DNA of 64,000 bases from Macrostomum lignano (GCA_002269645.1 NIVC01000750.1:124001-188000); one strand, 5' to 3'. Shown: positions 49,904 through 61,902, numbered from the stretch's first letter. Numbers and translations: made by a program. The notes: a model not told the origin generated them from the letters alone.

Positions 49904-50571
49904 GTAGGGTGAGATTTTAATGGAAGCGGCTTAAAAGTAGGTTGAGATTTTGAGGGGGGAGACTCTAAGGTAGAGGGTGTGATTTCCAGAGGAGAGCCTC
50001 AAACAATCAATTTTATAAACCTCATTGACAGTTGGCTGCAGAGTTGCTTCAAAACTGACAGCGGCAAGTCCTCTAGGAGCAATTTTGTTGACAGAAAAAG
50101 CGCCGATGCATGAGTAAAAGCCCCGCAGTCCAAACCCTCTATGGCGCACCACCCCTACCAAAGTGGCTGACGATTAATTAATTTTCACTTTTCAAGCCCG
50201 ACCCGCCCTCCTGTCAGAAGTTTGCGTCACTCGCCGAGGTATTTATTTGAAGCCGAAAGTCTAATAATTAAATACCGATCGGTGCACCTTTCCTCTTGCG
50301 AGCATGGGAGCTCAGGGAATCATTAATCTGCGAGTACTGAGCTGTTTAAAATTCTGTTTTATATAAGTTGCGAACCCGGTTGACTAAGCTTCATTTATAC
50401 AAACCAGGAAATATTTCCATTGATTTCTAATTTCTCTACAAGTTCTGTAGGGCTTCTGTTTAAATCAATCACAGATTAATATGGGGTCCATGCAGAAATT
50501 TGCATATTTGTCTGCAAAATCAATTAAATATTTGCAGCTGAGTGACTCGGGCGTGCACGATGGATTTGAAT

Positions 50572-50598
50572 GCCTGCCTCTCTGTCTGTCTGCCTGCT

Positions 50599-50651
<53 letters not shown>

Positions 50652-50694
50652 GCCTGTCTGTCTGCTTGTTTGTCTGTCTGTCTGTCTGCCTGCT

Positions 50695-50761
<67 letters not shown>

Positions 50762-50772
50762 GTGTCTGTGTG

Positions 50773-50849
<77 letters not shown>

Positions 50850-50862
50850 GGCTGTCTGTCTG

Positions 50863-50911
<49 letters not shown>

Positions 50912-50988
50912 GCCTGTCTGTCTGTCTGCCTGTCTGTCTGTCTGCCTGTCTGTCTGTCTGCCTGTCTGTCTGTCTGCCTGTCTGTCTA

Positions 50989-51022
<34 letters not shown>

Positions 51023-51062
51023 GGTCTGTTTGCCTGTCTGTCTGCCTGTCTGTCTGTCTGTC
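50572..51062. repeat. (TGTC)n microsatellite
   Basis: Direct. Confidence 0.97.
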
Positions 51063-51301
51063 CGTGTCGGTCTGGCTATTCCAAACTTATGAAAATTATA
51101 TTTACAAACATAATACTAACAAGTTAGGAAAATTACCCCCTCCAGAACAGCCAAAAATGCATATTAAAAAGTGGTTAAGCTTCGATTAAATTGCTGAACT
51201 AGTAGTGCATTGCAGCATCAAAAAAGATCCCATCGAAGACCATAATCCTTAGAAAAATGAATAAAAGTGAATAATTTCCAACGCCATGCCGGGCAGCTCA
51301 C

Positions 51302-51689
51302 CTGCAATAGACAGGTACCGCTTGGACACAAACTTGGACTCAAGCTCCATCAGCTGTTGAGTTGTGAATGGAGTTCTGGGCTTCCTATTGGCTTTGTGCT
51401 TTCGCAGCGGGCACCGCTGCTGGGTGTTGCTGCAGCCGCCGCCGCCGCCACCGCCGCCGCCAAAGGCACTGAGCATGGAAGCCAAACTTGGCCTTTGCTG
51501 TGTCGTCTGCTGCATCAACTGCATCCAAGAGGCAGAAGTGGAAATCTGCTGCTGCTGCTGCACCGCAGGCGAAGAAGCCGGTGCCGATGCAAGCAGGTCA
51601 TCGATGCCAAACGACGTGAACCGTTTTCCACTGCTGTCCATCGCTTGATTGCCTTCTTCAACTGTTCTGTGCAGGCTCATGGAGTACAC
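51302..51689 (-). CDS. msx: Msx homeobox gene, exon 1 (eh1-like FGIDDLL; [21 protein letters not shown]...YLSIA)
   Basis: [15 protein letters not shown] is Msx-diagnostic; GTGAGC donor; start could be 51689 or 51641. Confidence 0.95.
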
Positions 51690-52874
51690 CTGAGCAGAGA
51701 GAAGCTCCTCTTTAATAAGAAGACTCTGGGCTGCTTCGTATTGGGGTGGGGGGAATTTATTGGCTGGGCGGCCTGTCGTGGAAAAGGAATCAAGGCGCTA
51801 CTTCCGCAATTTATATTCCAAAACTGACTCACGCCGTAGCGCGGGGGCTGTTGAGCTCGTCAAAAATCTTTTGAGCAGTATATTTTTTCTATAACTCAAC
51901 TCTGACTTCAATAACGCGGGCTGCTATTGTAACTTAATGGTTTAATTTGTGCTTTTCTTTATCTAGTCTTGACGGGGACCTTGACGAATTGGCAGAGGTT
52001 ATTAAAATGCCGCCAATTTACCTGACACCCTATTGTTGCGGCTGCGAAAGTAGAGATTATCTCGATATTAAAATATGAACGATGGAGGCCGCAGAAATTT
52101 TTATTGGCGGACTGCTTTCCGGACTTGGCGGGCCTCGGGGCTGAGAGGAAATTAGCAATTTTCTGGGAGACGGGTCACCACTTTATTCAGCTTCCTGCAT
52201 GGAGCCGAGATCAACAAAAAATCTTAGCCCATTGGCCCGCTATCTGACCGGGGGAGCGGTGAGCGTCATCTCATTGGCTGGTAAGCCGGGGGCCAGCCTC
52301 CGGTTCAGGGACGTCTAAAAATAGCACACAGCTGGACTAGAAAGTCAATATTTTTTCTTAGAAATGATCTAGAGAACATCCATTAGACTAAATTCGGAGA
52401 AATTTGCGAAATCTATCGGGCTATGCAGTTTGAAATAGAATTTATGAGACGCTGGTGACAATAGGTATATAGAGAACTCTCCAAAGCCAAGTCACTTTTA
52501 CAACAGCTTCAAATAGTTATCAAAGACGTGACGCAACCCAGAATGCAACTGCCTCGAGGCTTCACAATGACAATACAATACCGTTGAAAGCTACGCTCGT
52601 ATTATTAAACTGTAGGCTGTGATGTTTGCTTGTCTGAATCAATTTTACGAGTGTTTGCGTGTAAATTAACAAAAAATGGACTAGAAGAACATATGCTGCC
52701 TTCATTTGACTGCCAGCCATTTAGAATAAGGTTAGGGGTTTACATGTACAAATAGAAGTATTGCATGGCGCCATAGTTATATAGACTAGCCATCAGAGCC
52801 CCCCGTTGGGGAGACAACAAAGGATGGAATAATTTTTTTGAATAAACTACATGTAGCTTCTGACCGCTCAGTCT

Positions 52875-53280
52875 TAACATCCCAGCAATTCCCTCAGTGA
52901 GACTTGACATCTCAGCCATTCCCCTCGTAAGCATTGACATCCCAGCAATTCCCTCAGTGAGCCTTGACATCTCAGCAATTCCCCTCGTAAGCATTGACAT
53001 CTCAGCAATTCCCTCCGTAAGCCTTGACATCTCAGCAATTCCCTCCGTAAGCCTTGACATCTCAGCCATTCCCCTCGTAAGCATTGACATCTCAGCAATT
53101 CCCTCCGTAAGCCTTGACATCTCAGCAATTCCCTCCGTAAGCCTTGACATCTCAGCCATTCCCCTCGTAAGCATTGACATCTCAGCAATTCCCTCCGTAA
53201 GCCTTGACATCTCAGCAATTCCCTCAGTAAGCCTTGACATCTCAGCCAATCCCCTCATAAGCCTTGACATCTCAGCAATC
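52875..53280. repeat. 30-bp minisatellite (gtaagccttgacatctcagcaattccctcc)
   Basis: Tandem. Confidence 0.95.
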
Positions 53281-54057
53281 TTTAATCGTTAATGTTTATA
53301 CCACATGATGCTTTTTAATTTTTTGAATATGTTAAAGTTTGGTTAAGAGGAAGCTGCAGTAGCGAGTACAAGAGGAACCACATTTATAGAGGGGCTCTCG
53401 TGGGGGCGCCATCTCGTGGGGGCGCCAGAAAAGTGGGAAATCTGCGCCATATTTTTCCCAGCCGCGGCCCCCCCAGGCCAGTTGCTATTGCTACACACCA
53501 GATCTTTTGTTTACAGTCTCCTTGACTCAGTTAATGCTCCTTAATGCTGCCCCCAATGAACAGGAAAGAAGGCCTGCAGGGCTGATGAAGGGGTAGGGAG
53601 AGAGTCTGGAAAGACGCTATAGGGCTTCTACGTTCGATAGGTAGGCTGGGGGGCGGCACACCGTTATGCTAATTGCTAACGGAACTGTCTCGCTTTTTAT
53701 TCTGGCTTTTTATTGCCAGAGTGAGTCGACTTATTCGTATATGATGCGTGCGTCTTTTGCTTTATAGCTCGTACAGTTGATAGAAGAATAGAATAGACGC
53801 CAGTGATTGTGCTCAATGGGTAAATTGTGCTGAGCCCTATGTGCTGTGCTCATGCAAGCTTAGCCTAAAATACGAGCTAAGTCACGTCACCATGTAGGGA
53901 TTTGAGCACAGGCCGGGAGGCATGGAATGTGACACTCCCTCAAAAATGGGGCCCATGCAGGCCAGTACGTTTAAAAGAACAGCTTCACATGAGGTGGACG
54001 GAGAAATCTTGCCATCTGTAGGTACAAATTTTCTGCATGTCCATGTCGTCCACTCTT

Positions 54058-54392
54058 GGGGTTGCTTTCCCAAGCTCGAAATTTCACAACCTCGAAAAGC
54101 ACTTCCTTTCACAAACCCGAAACTTCACAAGCTCGAAATTTCACAACCTCGAAACCAGTTACTTTCATAAGCTCGAAATTTCACAACCTCGAAAACCATT
54201 TTAGCAGCCACTTTCACAAACTCGAAACTTCATAAGCTCGAAATTTCATATCCTCGAAAATTTTAGCAGGCGACTTCACAAGCTGCTAAAAACAGTTTTC
54301 GAGGTTGTGAAATTTCGAGCTTGTGAAGTTTCGGGTTTGTGAAAGGAAGTGCTTTTCGAGGTTGTGAAATTTCGAGCTTGTGAAGCGACCCC
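54058..54392. mobile_element. MITE with ~95-bp terminal inverted repeats and a 7-8 bp target duplication
   Basis: ~54058-54152 is the reverse complement of ~54297-54392; CACTCTT(G) flanks both sides. Confidence 0.85.
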
Positions 54393-55246
54393 CACTCTTG
54401 TGACGCAGAAAAGTTATTTTACTTCAATAGTTCTTACTGACACAAAGTACTCGTATCTATAGAGATACCTGGTAATAATGAGAAATATGAGAAAGAGAGA
54501 AATGAGAGTGAGAGATGAAAAAGTTGAGAAATAGAGAGATGAGAAAGAAAAAGATAAGAAATATTCCAACTATTGCTGATTACTGTTATAATAGAATCGC
54601 GCGAGGTGTTCCAGCATTTGTCACATCACATATTATGCGCACAACAACTAATGGCAAAGCGAGGCGGAGGGTCACACGGGCACACAAAGCAGCGATTCTA
54701 CGTTGGGAGTGCCTTCGCATTTTGAGTGTCCTCTAATTAGCTGTTGAGAATAAAATACAGCTTTATACTAAATTTTGTCTAGTCTAGAAAAATGGAATTT
54801 AAGATCTAAATCTTATCAAACTTACAGATAACTTAGACAAGATGAGCAATAAATAATGTACTTAAGACGCGCTGCATGCGCTGCTAACCGCAATGAGCTT
54901 GAGAAAGCCAGGCAGTATTAGAAAAGGAAAATGAGATCTGGATTGGACAGCTAAATTCAGTTGATTTTTGTATACTTTTTCTAAAACTTAAGCCAGGGAC
55001 CACTGAAATTTCCTCCCATTCACCTGTACCCGGTTAGCCTTAAAGTTTTAAAGAAAACGTCACGTATAATCAGTTAGAGGAGAGCTCCGTTTCCAGTCCA
55101 GACGTCTAGCCTGAATAGTCCATGGCCCAGAACTCAACGTCCACCGCATCGGTGTAGGAAACTGGGCCAGTGCGTTCACACAATAGAATTTTGTAATTAT
55201 TTAATTAATATTCTAATTATAAGCACAGATGCTACGAGCGTACAAT

Positions 55247-56411
55247 CAGGCGCGTCGCCACCGAGGGTGGGACAGGGGGAAATGCCCCCCTCCAGTAAAA
55301 ACTATGGGGGACATGCCACCCCCACCTTGTGATACATCGTGGTAATCAAATAACTTTTCTTCAGGGCGCCAGAATATAGCGCCTTCGGCGTCAAAATGAG
55401 TGCCTTCGGCGCTAAAATGAGTGCCTTCGGCGCTAAAATGAGTGCCTTCGGCGCTAAAATGAGTGCCTGCGGCGCTAAAATGAGTGCCTTCGGCGCCAAA
55501 ATGAGTGCCTTCGGCGCCAAAATGAGTGCCTTCGGCGCTAAAATGAGTGCCTGCGGCGCTAAAATGAGTGCCTGCGGCGCTAAAATGAGTGCCTGCGGCG
55601 CTAAAATGAGTGCCTTCGGCGCTAAAATGAGTGCCTGCGGCGCTAAAATGAGTGCCTTCGGCGCTAAAATGAGTGCCTGCGGCGCTAAAATGAGTGCCTT
55701 CGGCGCTAAAATGAGTGCCTGCGGCGCTAAAATGAGTGCCTTCGGCGCTAAAATGAGTGCCTTCGGCGCTAAAATGAGTGCCTTCGGCGCCAAAATGAGT
55801 GCCTGCGGCGCCAAAATGAGTGCCTTCGGCGCCAAAATGAGTGCCTTCGGCGCCAAAATGAGTGCCTGCGGCGCCAAAATGAGTGCCTTCGGCGCTAAAA
55901 TGAGTGCCTGCGGCGCTAAAATGAGTGCCTTCGGCGCTAAAATGAGTGCCTGCGGCGCTAAAATGAGTGCCTTCGGCGCCAAAATGATTGCCTGTGGCGC
56001 TAAAATGAGTGCCTTCGGCGCCAAAATGAGTGCCTGCGGCGCCAAAATGAGTGCCTTCGGCGCTAAAATGAGTGCCTGCGGCGCCAAAATGAGTGCCTTC
56101 GGCGCTAAAATGATTGCCTGCGGCGCTAAAATGAGTGCCTTCGGCGCTAAAATGATTGCCTGCGGCGCCAAAATGAGTGCCTTCGGCGCTAAAATGAGTG
56201 CCTGCGGCGCTAAAATGAGTGCCTTCGGCGCTAAAATGATTGCCTGCGGCGCTAAAATGAGTGCCTTCGGCGCCAAAATGAGTGCCTGCGGCGCTAAAAT
56301 GAGCGCTGACAACACCGATTCTCAAAATAATGGAAATGTAGAAGTTTAGTCATGTACATGTTGAATTCTTGGTTTTGTACCCCCCCACCATCAAATCCAT
56401 GGCGACGCCCT
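55247..56411. mobile_element. Probable non-autonomous DNA element carrying a 21-bp array
   Basis: Ends cagg(c)gcgtcgcca and tggcgacgcccta are imperfect inverted repeats; no clean TSD. Confidence 0.45.
55383..56305. repeat. 21-bp minisatellite (ggcgcYaaaatgagtgcctKc)
   Basis: About 43 copies. Confidence 0.98.
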
Positions 56412-56977
56412 AGCTATAATCCAATATACTAAAAATGGTCTGTCGGTATGTGTGTGTGTGTATGTGTGTGTGTGTGTGATCGATTTTAGCAAAAACGGCT
56501 CAACCGATTTTCTTCGAACTTGCACTGTTCGATCAGAAATTTTCCCGTGACAGTACATGCATCGTGGCTAAGAAATTGCTTGATGCTAAAGGGATTAAAT
56601 ATTCGAAAAACATGCTTTTTTGCAAAGGTCAAGCAGCTCTTTCGACTTGAAATGCATCGTAAGAATGCTAGCAGAAAAACTGACTGGTTGAATTCTGATT
56701 CTGAAATAGATTGCATCACAATACACTTTATTTATCGTCTGTGTACTGGCTGAATTTGACACTCAATTGAATTGCGTCACAGCTTTGAGTGTGAAAGCAT
56801 AGCGCAGTACTGAATTTATATTACGTAACCATATTGTAAACTTTCATAGACACTGGTACTGACTTGCCTAAGAAATTGATTATGTCATAACTGCTTCGTG
56901 AGACTTTTTACTCTACCTGACTTGGTGTGAGTGTTGAATTATATAAGTGGTACAACATCACTGATAACTTCGATGAG

Positions 56978-57040
56978 AGCTAGCCTAGAGCTGAACAGAC
57001 CAGACTGCTAATGCAGCGACCTAGGTTCGAATCTAAGTAG
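56978..57040 (+). pseudogene. Degenerate tRNA-like sequence (Ser-GCT-like loop) or SINE head
   Basis: A-box-like TAGCCTAGAG, loop CTGCTAA, B-box GGTTCGAATC; stems pair poorly. Confidence 0.4.
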
Positions 57041-57109
57041 TTTAAAAGTAGTAGTGTAAAATTTTTTATTAAAAGGTTTTATTAAAGGACTAAATAAAAA
57101 CACTTAAAT

Positions 57110-59490
57110 TACTGCACTCGATAAGCCAAGGATTATTGCTATTAATAAACCAAGGACTACTGCACTCGATAAACCAAGGACTATTGCTCTTGGCAAACCA
57201 AAGATTACTGCACTTGATTAATCAAGGATTATTGCTATTAATAAACCAAGGATTACGGCACTTGGAAAACCAAGGATTACTGCACTCGATAAACCAAGGA
57301 CTATTGCTCTTGGCAAACCAAGGATTACTGCACTCAAGAAGCCAAGAATTATTGCACTTAGAAAACCAAGGATTAATGCACTCGATAAACCAAGGACTAT
57401 TGCTCTTGGCAAACCAAGGATTACTGCACTCAAGAAGCCAAGGATTATTGCTATTAATAAACCAAGGATTACTGCACTTGGAAAACCAAGGATTACTGCA
57501 CTCGATAAACCAAGGACTATTGCACTTGATAAACCAAGGAATATTGCACTTGATAGGCCAAGGATTACTGCACTTGATAAACCAAGGATTATTGCACTTG
57601 ATAGGCCAAAGATTACTGCGCTTGATAAACCAAGGAATATTGCACTTGATAGGCCAAGGATTATTGCACTTGATAAGCCAAGGATTACTGCGCTTGATAA
57701 ACCAAGGATTATTGCACTTGATAAACAAAGGATTATTGCACTTGATAAACAAAGGATTATTGCACTTGATAAACAAAGGATTATTGCACTTGATAAACCA
57801 AGGATTATTGCACTTGATAAGCCAAGGATTATTGCACTTGATAAGCCATGGATTATTGCACTTGATAGTAAAGAATGTTGCACTTGATAAGCCAAGGATT
57901 AATGCACTGGATTATTCAAGGATTATTGATATTAATAAACCAAGGACTACTCCACTCGATAAACCAAGGATTATTGCTCTTAATAAACCAAGGATTACTG
58001 CACTTGGAAAACTAAGGATTACTGCACTCGATAAACCAAAGACTATTGCACTTGATAAACCAAGGATTATTGCACTTGATAGGCCAAGGATTACTGCACT
58101 TGATAAACCAAGGATTATTGCACTTGATAGGCCAAAAATTACTGCGCTTGATAAACCAAGGATTATTGCACTTGATAAACCAAGGATTATTGCACTTGAT
58201 AAGCCAAGGATTATTGCACTTGATAAACCAATGATTATTGCAGTTGATAAGCCAAGGATTATTGCATCTGATAAACCAAAGATTATTGCACTTGATAAAC
58301 CAAGGATTATTGCACTTGATAAACAAAGGATTATTGCACTTGATAGGCCAAAGATTACTGCGCTTGATAAACCAAGAATTATTGCACTTGATAAACCAAG
58401 GATTATTGCACTTGATAAGCCAAGGATTATTGCACTTGATAAACCAAGGATTATTGCAGTTGATAAGCCAAGGATTATTGCATCTGATAAACCAAGGATT
58501 ATTGCACTTGATAAACCAAGGATTATTGCACTTGATAAACCAAGGATTATTGCACTTGATAAACCAAGGATTATTGCTCTTGGCAAACCAAGGATTACTG
58601 CACTCGATAAGCCAAGGATTATTGCTCTTAATAAACCAAGGATTACTGCACTTGGAAAACTAAGGATTACTGCACTCGATAAACTAAGGATTATTGCTCT
58701 TGGCAAACCAAGGATTATTGCACTTGATAGGCCAAGGATTACTGCACTTGATAAACCAAGGATTATTGCACTTGATAAACCAAGGATTATTGCACTTGAT
58801 AAGCCAAGGATTATTGCACTTGATAGGCCAAGGATTACTGCGCTTGATAAACCAAGGATTATTGCACTTGATAAACCAAGGATTATTGCAGTTGATAAGC
58901 CAAGGATTATTGCACTTGATAAACCAAGGATTATTACACTTGATAAACCAAGGATTATTGCACTTGATAAACCAAGGATTATTGCACTTGATAGGCCAAG
59001 GATTACTGCACTTGATAAACCAAGGATTATTGCACTTGATAGGCCAAAGATTACTGCGCTTGATAAACCAAGGATTATTGCAGTTGATAAGCCAAGGATT
59101 ATTGCACTTGATAAACCAAGGATTATTTCACTTGATAAACCAAGGATTATTGCACTTGATAAACAAATATTGCACTTGATAAACCAAGGATTATTGCACC
59201 TGATAAGCCAAGGATTACTGCGCTAGATAAACCAAGGATTATTGCACTTAATAAACCAAGGATTATTGCACTTAATAAACCAAGGATTATTGCACTTGAT
59301 AAACCAAGGATTATTGCACTTGATAAACAAAGGATTATTGCACTTGATAAACCAAGGATTATTGCACTTTATAAGCCAAAGATTACTGCACTTGATAAAC
59401 CAAGGATTATTGCACTTGATAAACCAAGGATTATTGCACTTGATTAATCAAGGATTATTGCTATTAATAAACCAAGGATTATTGCACTAG
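57110..59490. repeat. 24-bp minisatellite (gataaaccaaggattattgcactt)
   Basis: About 99 copies; source of the DKPRIIAL/LLHLINQG pseudo-ORFs. Confidence 0.98.
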
Positions 59491-59624
59491 CTGAGAAGCT
59501 GATTACTGCGCTGTCTAAAAAAGAGATTATTGCGCTCGCTGAGACGTGGATTGTTGCACAACCTGAGAAAGCGATTATTGCATTAGCGGAAGTAACATTT
59601 GCACTAGCTACTTGCTGTCTCGTG

Positions 59625-60110
59625 GATGCTTGCTCTCGAGGGGGGATACTTGCTATTTGGGAGAGGGGGTACTGGCTACATGCATGGGATTCTTTCTATC
59701 CAGGGATGCTTGCTATTCAGGGATTCTTGCTATCTGCAGGATGCTTGCTATTTAGGGATTCTTGCTATCTGCAGGATGCTTGCTATCTGGGTGGATGCTT
59801 CTATAATATCTGGGGGGTGCTTGCTATCTGCAGAATGCTTCTATAATATCTGGGGGTGCTTGCTATCTGCAGAATGCTTGCTATCTGGGTGGATGCTTCT
59901 ATAATATCTGGGGGTGCTTGCTATCTGCAGAATGCTTGCTATCTGGGTGGATGCTTCTATAATATCTGGGGGTGCTTGCTATCTGCAGAATGCTTGCTAT
60001 CTGGGTGGATGCTTCTATAATATCTGGGGGTGCTTGCTAATCTGCAGATGCTTGCTATCTGTGGTGATTCTTGCTATGAGCATTAGAGGATGCTTGCTAT
60101 CTGCGATTGT
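59625..60110. repeat. gatgcttgctatctg-based compound repeat
   Basis: Tandem, degenerate. Confidence 0.85.
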
Positions 60111-60856
60111 TCACTTTTGGAGGGGTTGCTTGCTGTCTTGGGAATATTTTCTATTTAGGGAAACGATATTTTGTTGACTGTTTGTTAATTTTAGAGAAAA
60201 AGTGATTTTTTAATTTTGCAAACATCTTAGTCCGTGACAATTTTACACGAATAAGGTGATTTTTAAAATGTGAAGAAGGAATTAGTGTTTAAGAAAATGT
60301 GTTTTTTTATTGTTTTCCATGAACTATTTTTGCTCCTTTCTTATTGGGCGCCCCGAAGGGGGGCCGCACTAGATTGCTAGTGATGATAACTAAATGGGGC
60401 CAACCGGTACAGTATGTGCGTGCATACTACTGTCAGTTCAGTAGAAAGATAACAGAAGAATTTTAATATTGCGCAGTAAAGACAAAAATGCTCAATAAAT
60501 TCATCGAGCCTATGATCAGAATCTCTTGCAGGTGGGTTTCTATCGCCATTTTAACTGCCGTTTTTTAAATACCCCGTATATTCTTTCTGTCTACTGAACT
60601 GGAAACTAGAAAACTAGAAAGTAAAAAACAATAGATGGGCCACTCCATTGTCGCTTTTGATTACGAGACTACTATGAGCGTCTATTTAGAGTTTTTTCTT
60701 ATAAATTTGCGCATCAAAATAAATAAGTACATGTATATAGTTTTTGTCTGTGGCTCAAACCACAGGATCAACTTTGTTTGAGACTCGCTCAGAATTTTAC
60801 GCTAGTTATTCTGTAAAGCAATTTAACCTACATTTATAGATGAAATCCGACAGAAA

Positions 60857-61162
60857 ATGAGTCTGAATTTGTCTGGCGACTACGAGGATCCCAACGGCGA
60901 TCGGCGACTGCCGACAACTGGCCAGCTTCGCATCCAGCTGTCCATGCTGGGCGACCATGTCTGGGCGTCGGACACCTCCTACGACGATTTGTTCACCGAA
61001 GACGCCTGGAAACAGAGGCTTTTCCGTCGGTACAGACAGGCTGCTGGCCTGAGCCCCCTGAACTGCGTTCGGCACTACTCTTACCTGGCGCACTTGCAGC
61101 GGCTGCAGCGAAAGATGGAGGAATCTTTGAAGCCCCATCGAAGCTTGGAGGCTCGGGTTAAG
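60857..61162 (+). CDS. Small protein with Hsp70-lid-like C-terminus, coding exon 1
   Basis: ORF 60857-61231; GTGAAC donor after VK (phase 0). Confidence 0.75.
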
Positions 61163-61304
61163 GTGAACGGAATGGAGCGATTTACAAGGGCAGCAGGTGT
61201 TCGCTTGGCTGTCTCTTCTGACTCAGAGTGATTTCCGAGTGTGACATCGGTGATTCTAGAGTGGGACATATATTGTTTAGGTGAATTTTAGTCTGACACA
61301 TAAA

Positions 61305-61630
61305 GCTCTAGAGTCTGACTCATGTAGCTCTAGAGTCTGACTCACGTAGCTCTAGACTCTGACACATGTAGCTCTAGACTCTGACACATGTAGCTCTAGA
61401 CTCTGACACATGTAGCTCTAGACTCTGACACATGTAGCTCTAGAGTCTGACACATGTAGCTCTAGAGTCTGACACATGTAGCTCTAGACTCTGACACATG
61501 TAGCTCTAGAGTCTGACACATGTAGCTCTAGACTCTGACACATGTAGCTCTAGAGTCTGACACATGTAGCTCTAGATTCTGACACATGTCGCTCTAGACT
61601 CTGACACATGTAGCTCTAGAGTCTGACACG
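61305..61630. repeat. 22-bp minisatellite (ctgacacatgtagctctagact)
   Basis: Tandem, inside the intron of the lid-like gene. Confidence 0.95.
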
Positions 61631-61686
61631 GGTGGTTTCGAAGTCTGACGCGGGCAGCTAGACAACAAGTACACGCGCACCAACAG

Positions 61687-61902
61687 GGTATGAAAGAAGC
61701 TGTTCAAGAGGCCCCGAAGTCCGCATTCGACTCCATCCAAGAGCCAAAACGCCGGCAGCTGGCCGAAAAGTGCAATGCCACTCTTCGATGGTTGGCTGAG
61801 AAAGAGAGAAATCCTGCCAGCCCGGATGAGTACCGCCGCATGGAGAATGATCTCAACTCGGCTTTTCAGGAGGCGTTCAAGCGGCGATTCACTCTCGCGT
61901 GA
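61687..61902 (+). CDS. Small protein with Hsp70-lid-like C-terminus, coding exon 2
   Basis: caacAG acceptor; KRRQLAEKCNATLRWL resembles Hsp70 [15 protein letters not shown]. Confidence 0.8.
   Translation, partial: GMKEAVQEAPKSAFDSIQEPKRRQLAEKCNATLRWLAEKERNPASPDEYRRMENDLNSAFQEAFKRRFTLA

Noticed and set aside
53401-53450. GGCGCC pair upstream of Msx as a BMP/Smad element
   Set aside because: No GTCT/AGAC at the 5-nt spacing, and GGGGGCGCCA is common in local repeats.
53575-53630. CTGATGA...GAAA as a hammerhead ribozyme core
   Set aside because: No complementary stems I-III could be formed by eye.
57136-59226. 696-aa ORF and overlapping ORFs (DKPRIIAL, LLHLINQG)
   Set aside because: Direct translation of a 24-bp minisatellite; the track shows open frames on both strands with frame switches at indels, and no gene context.
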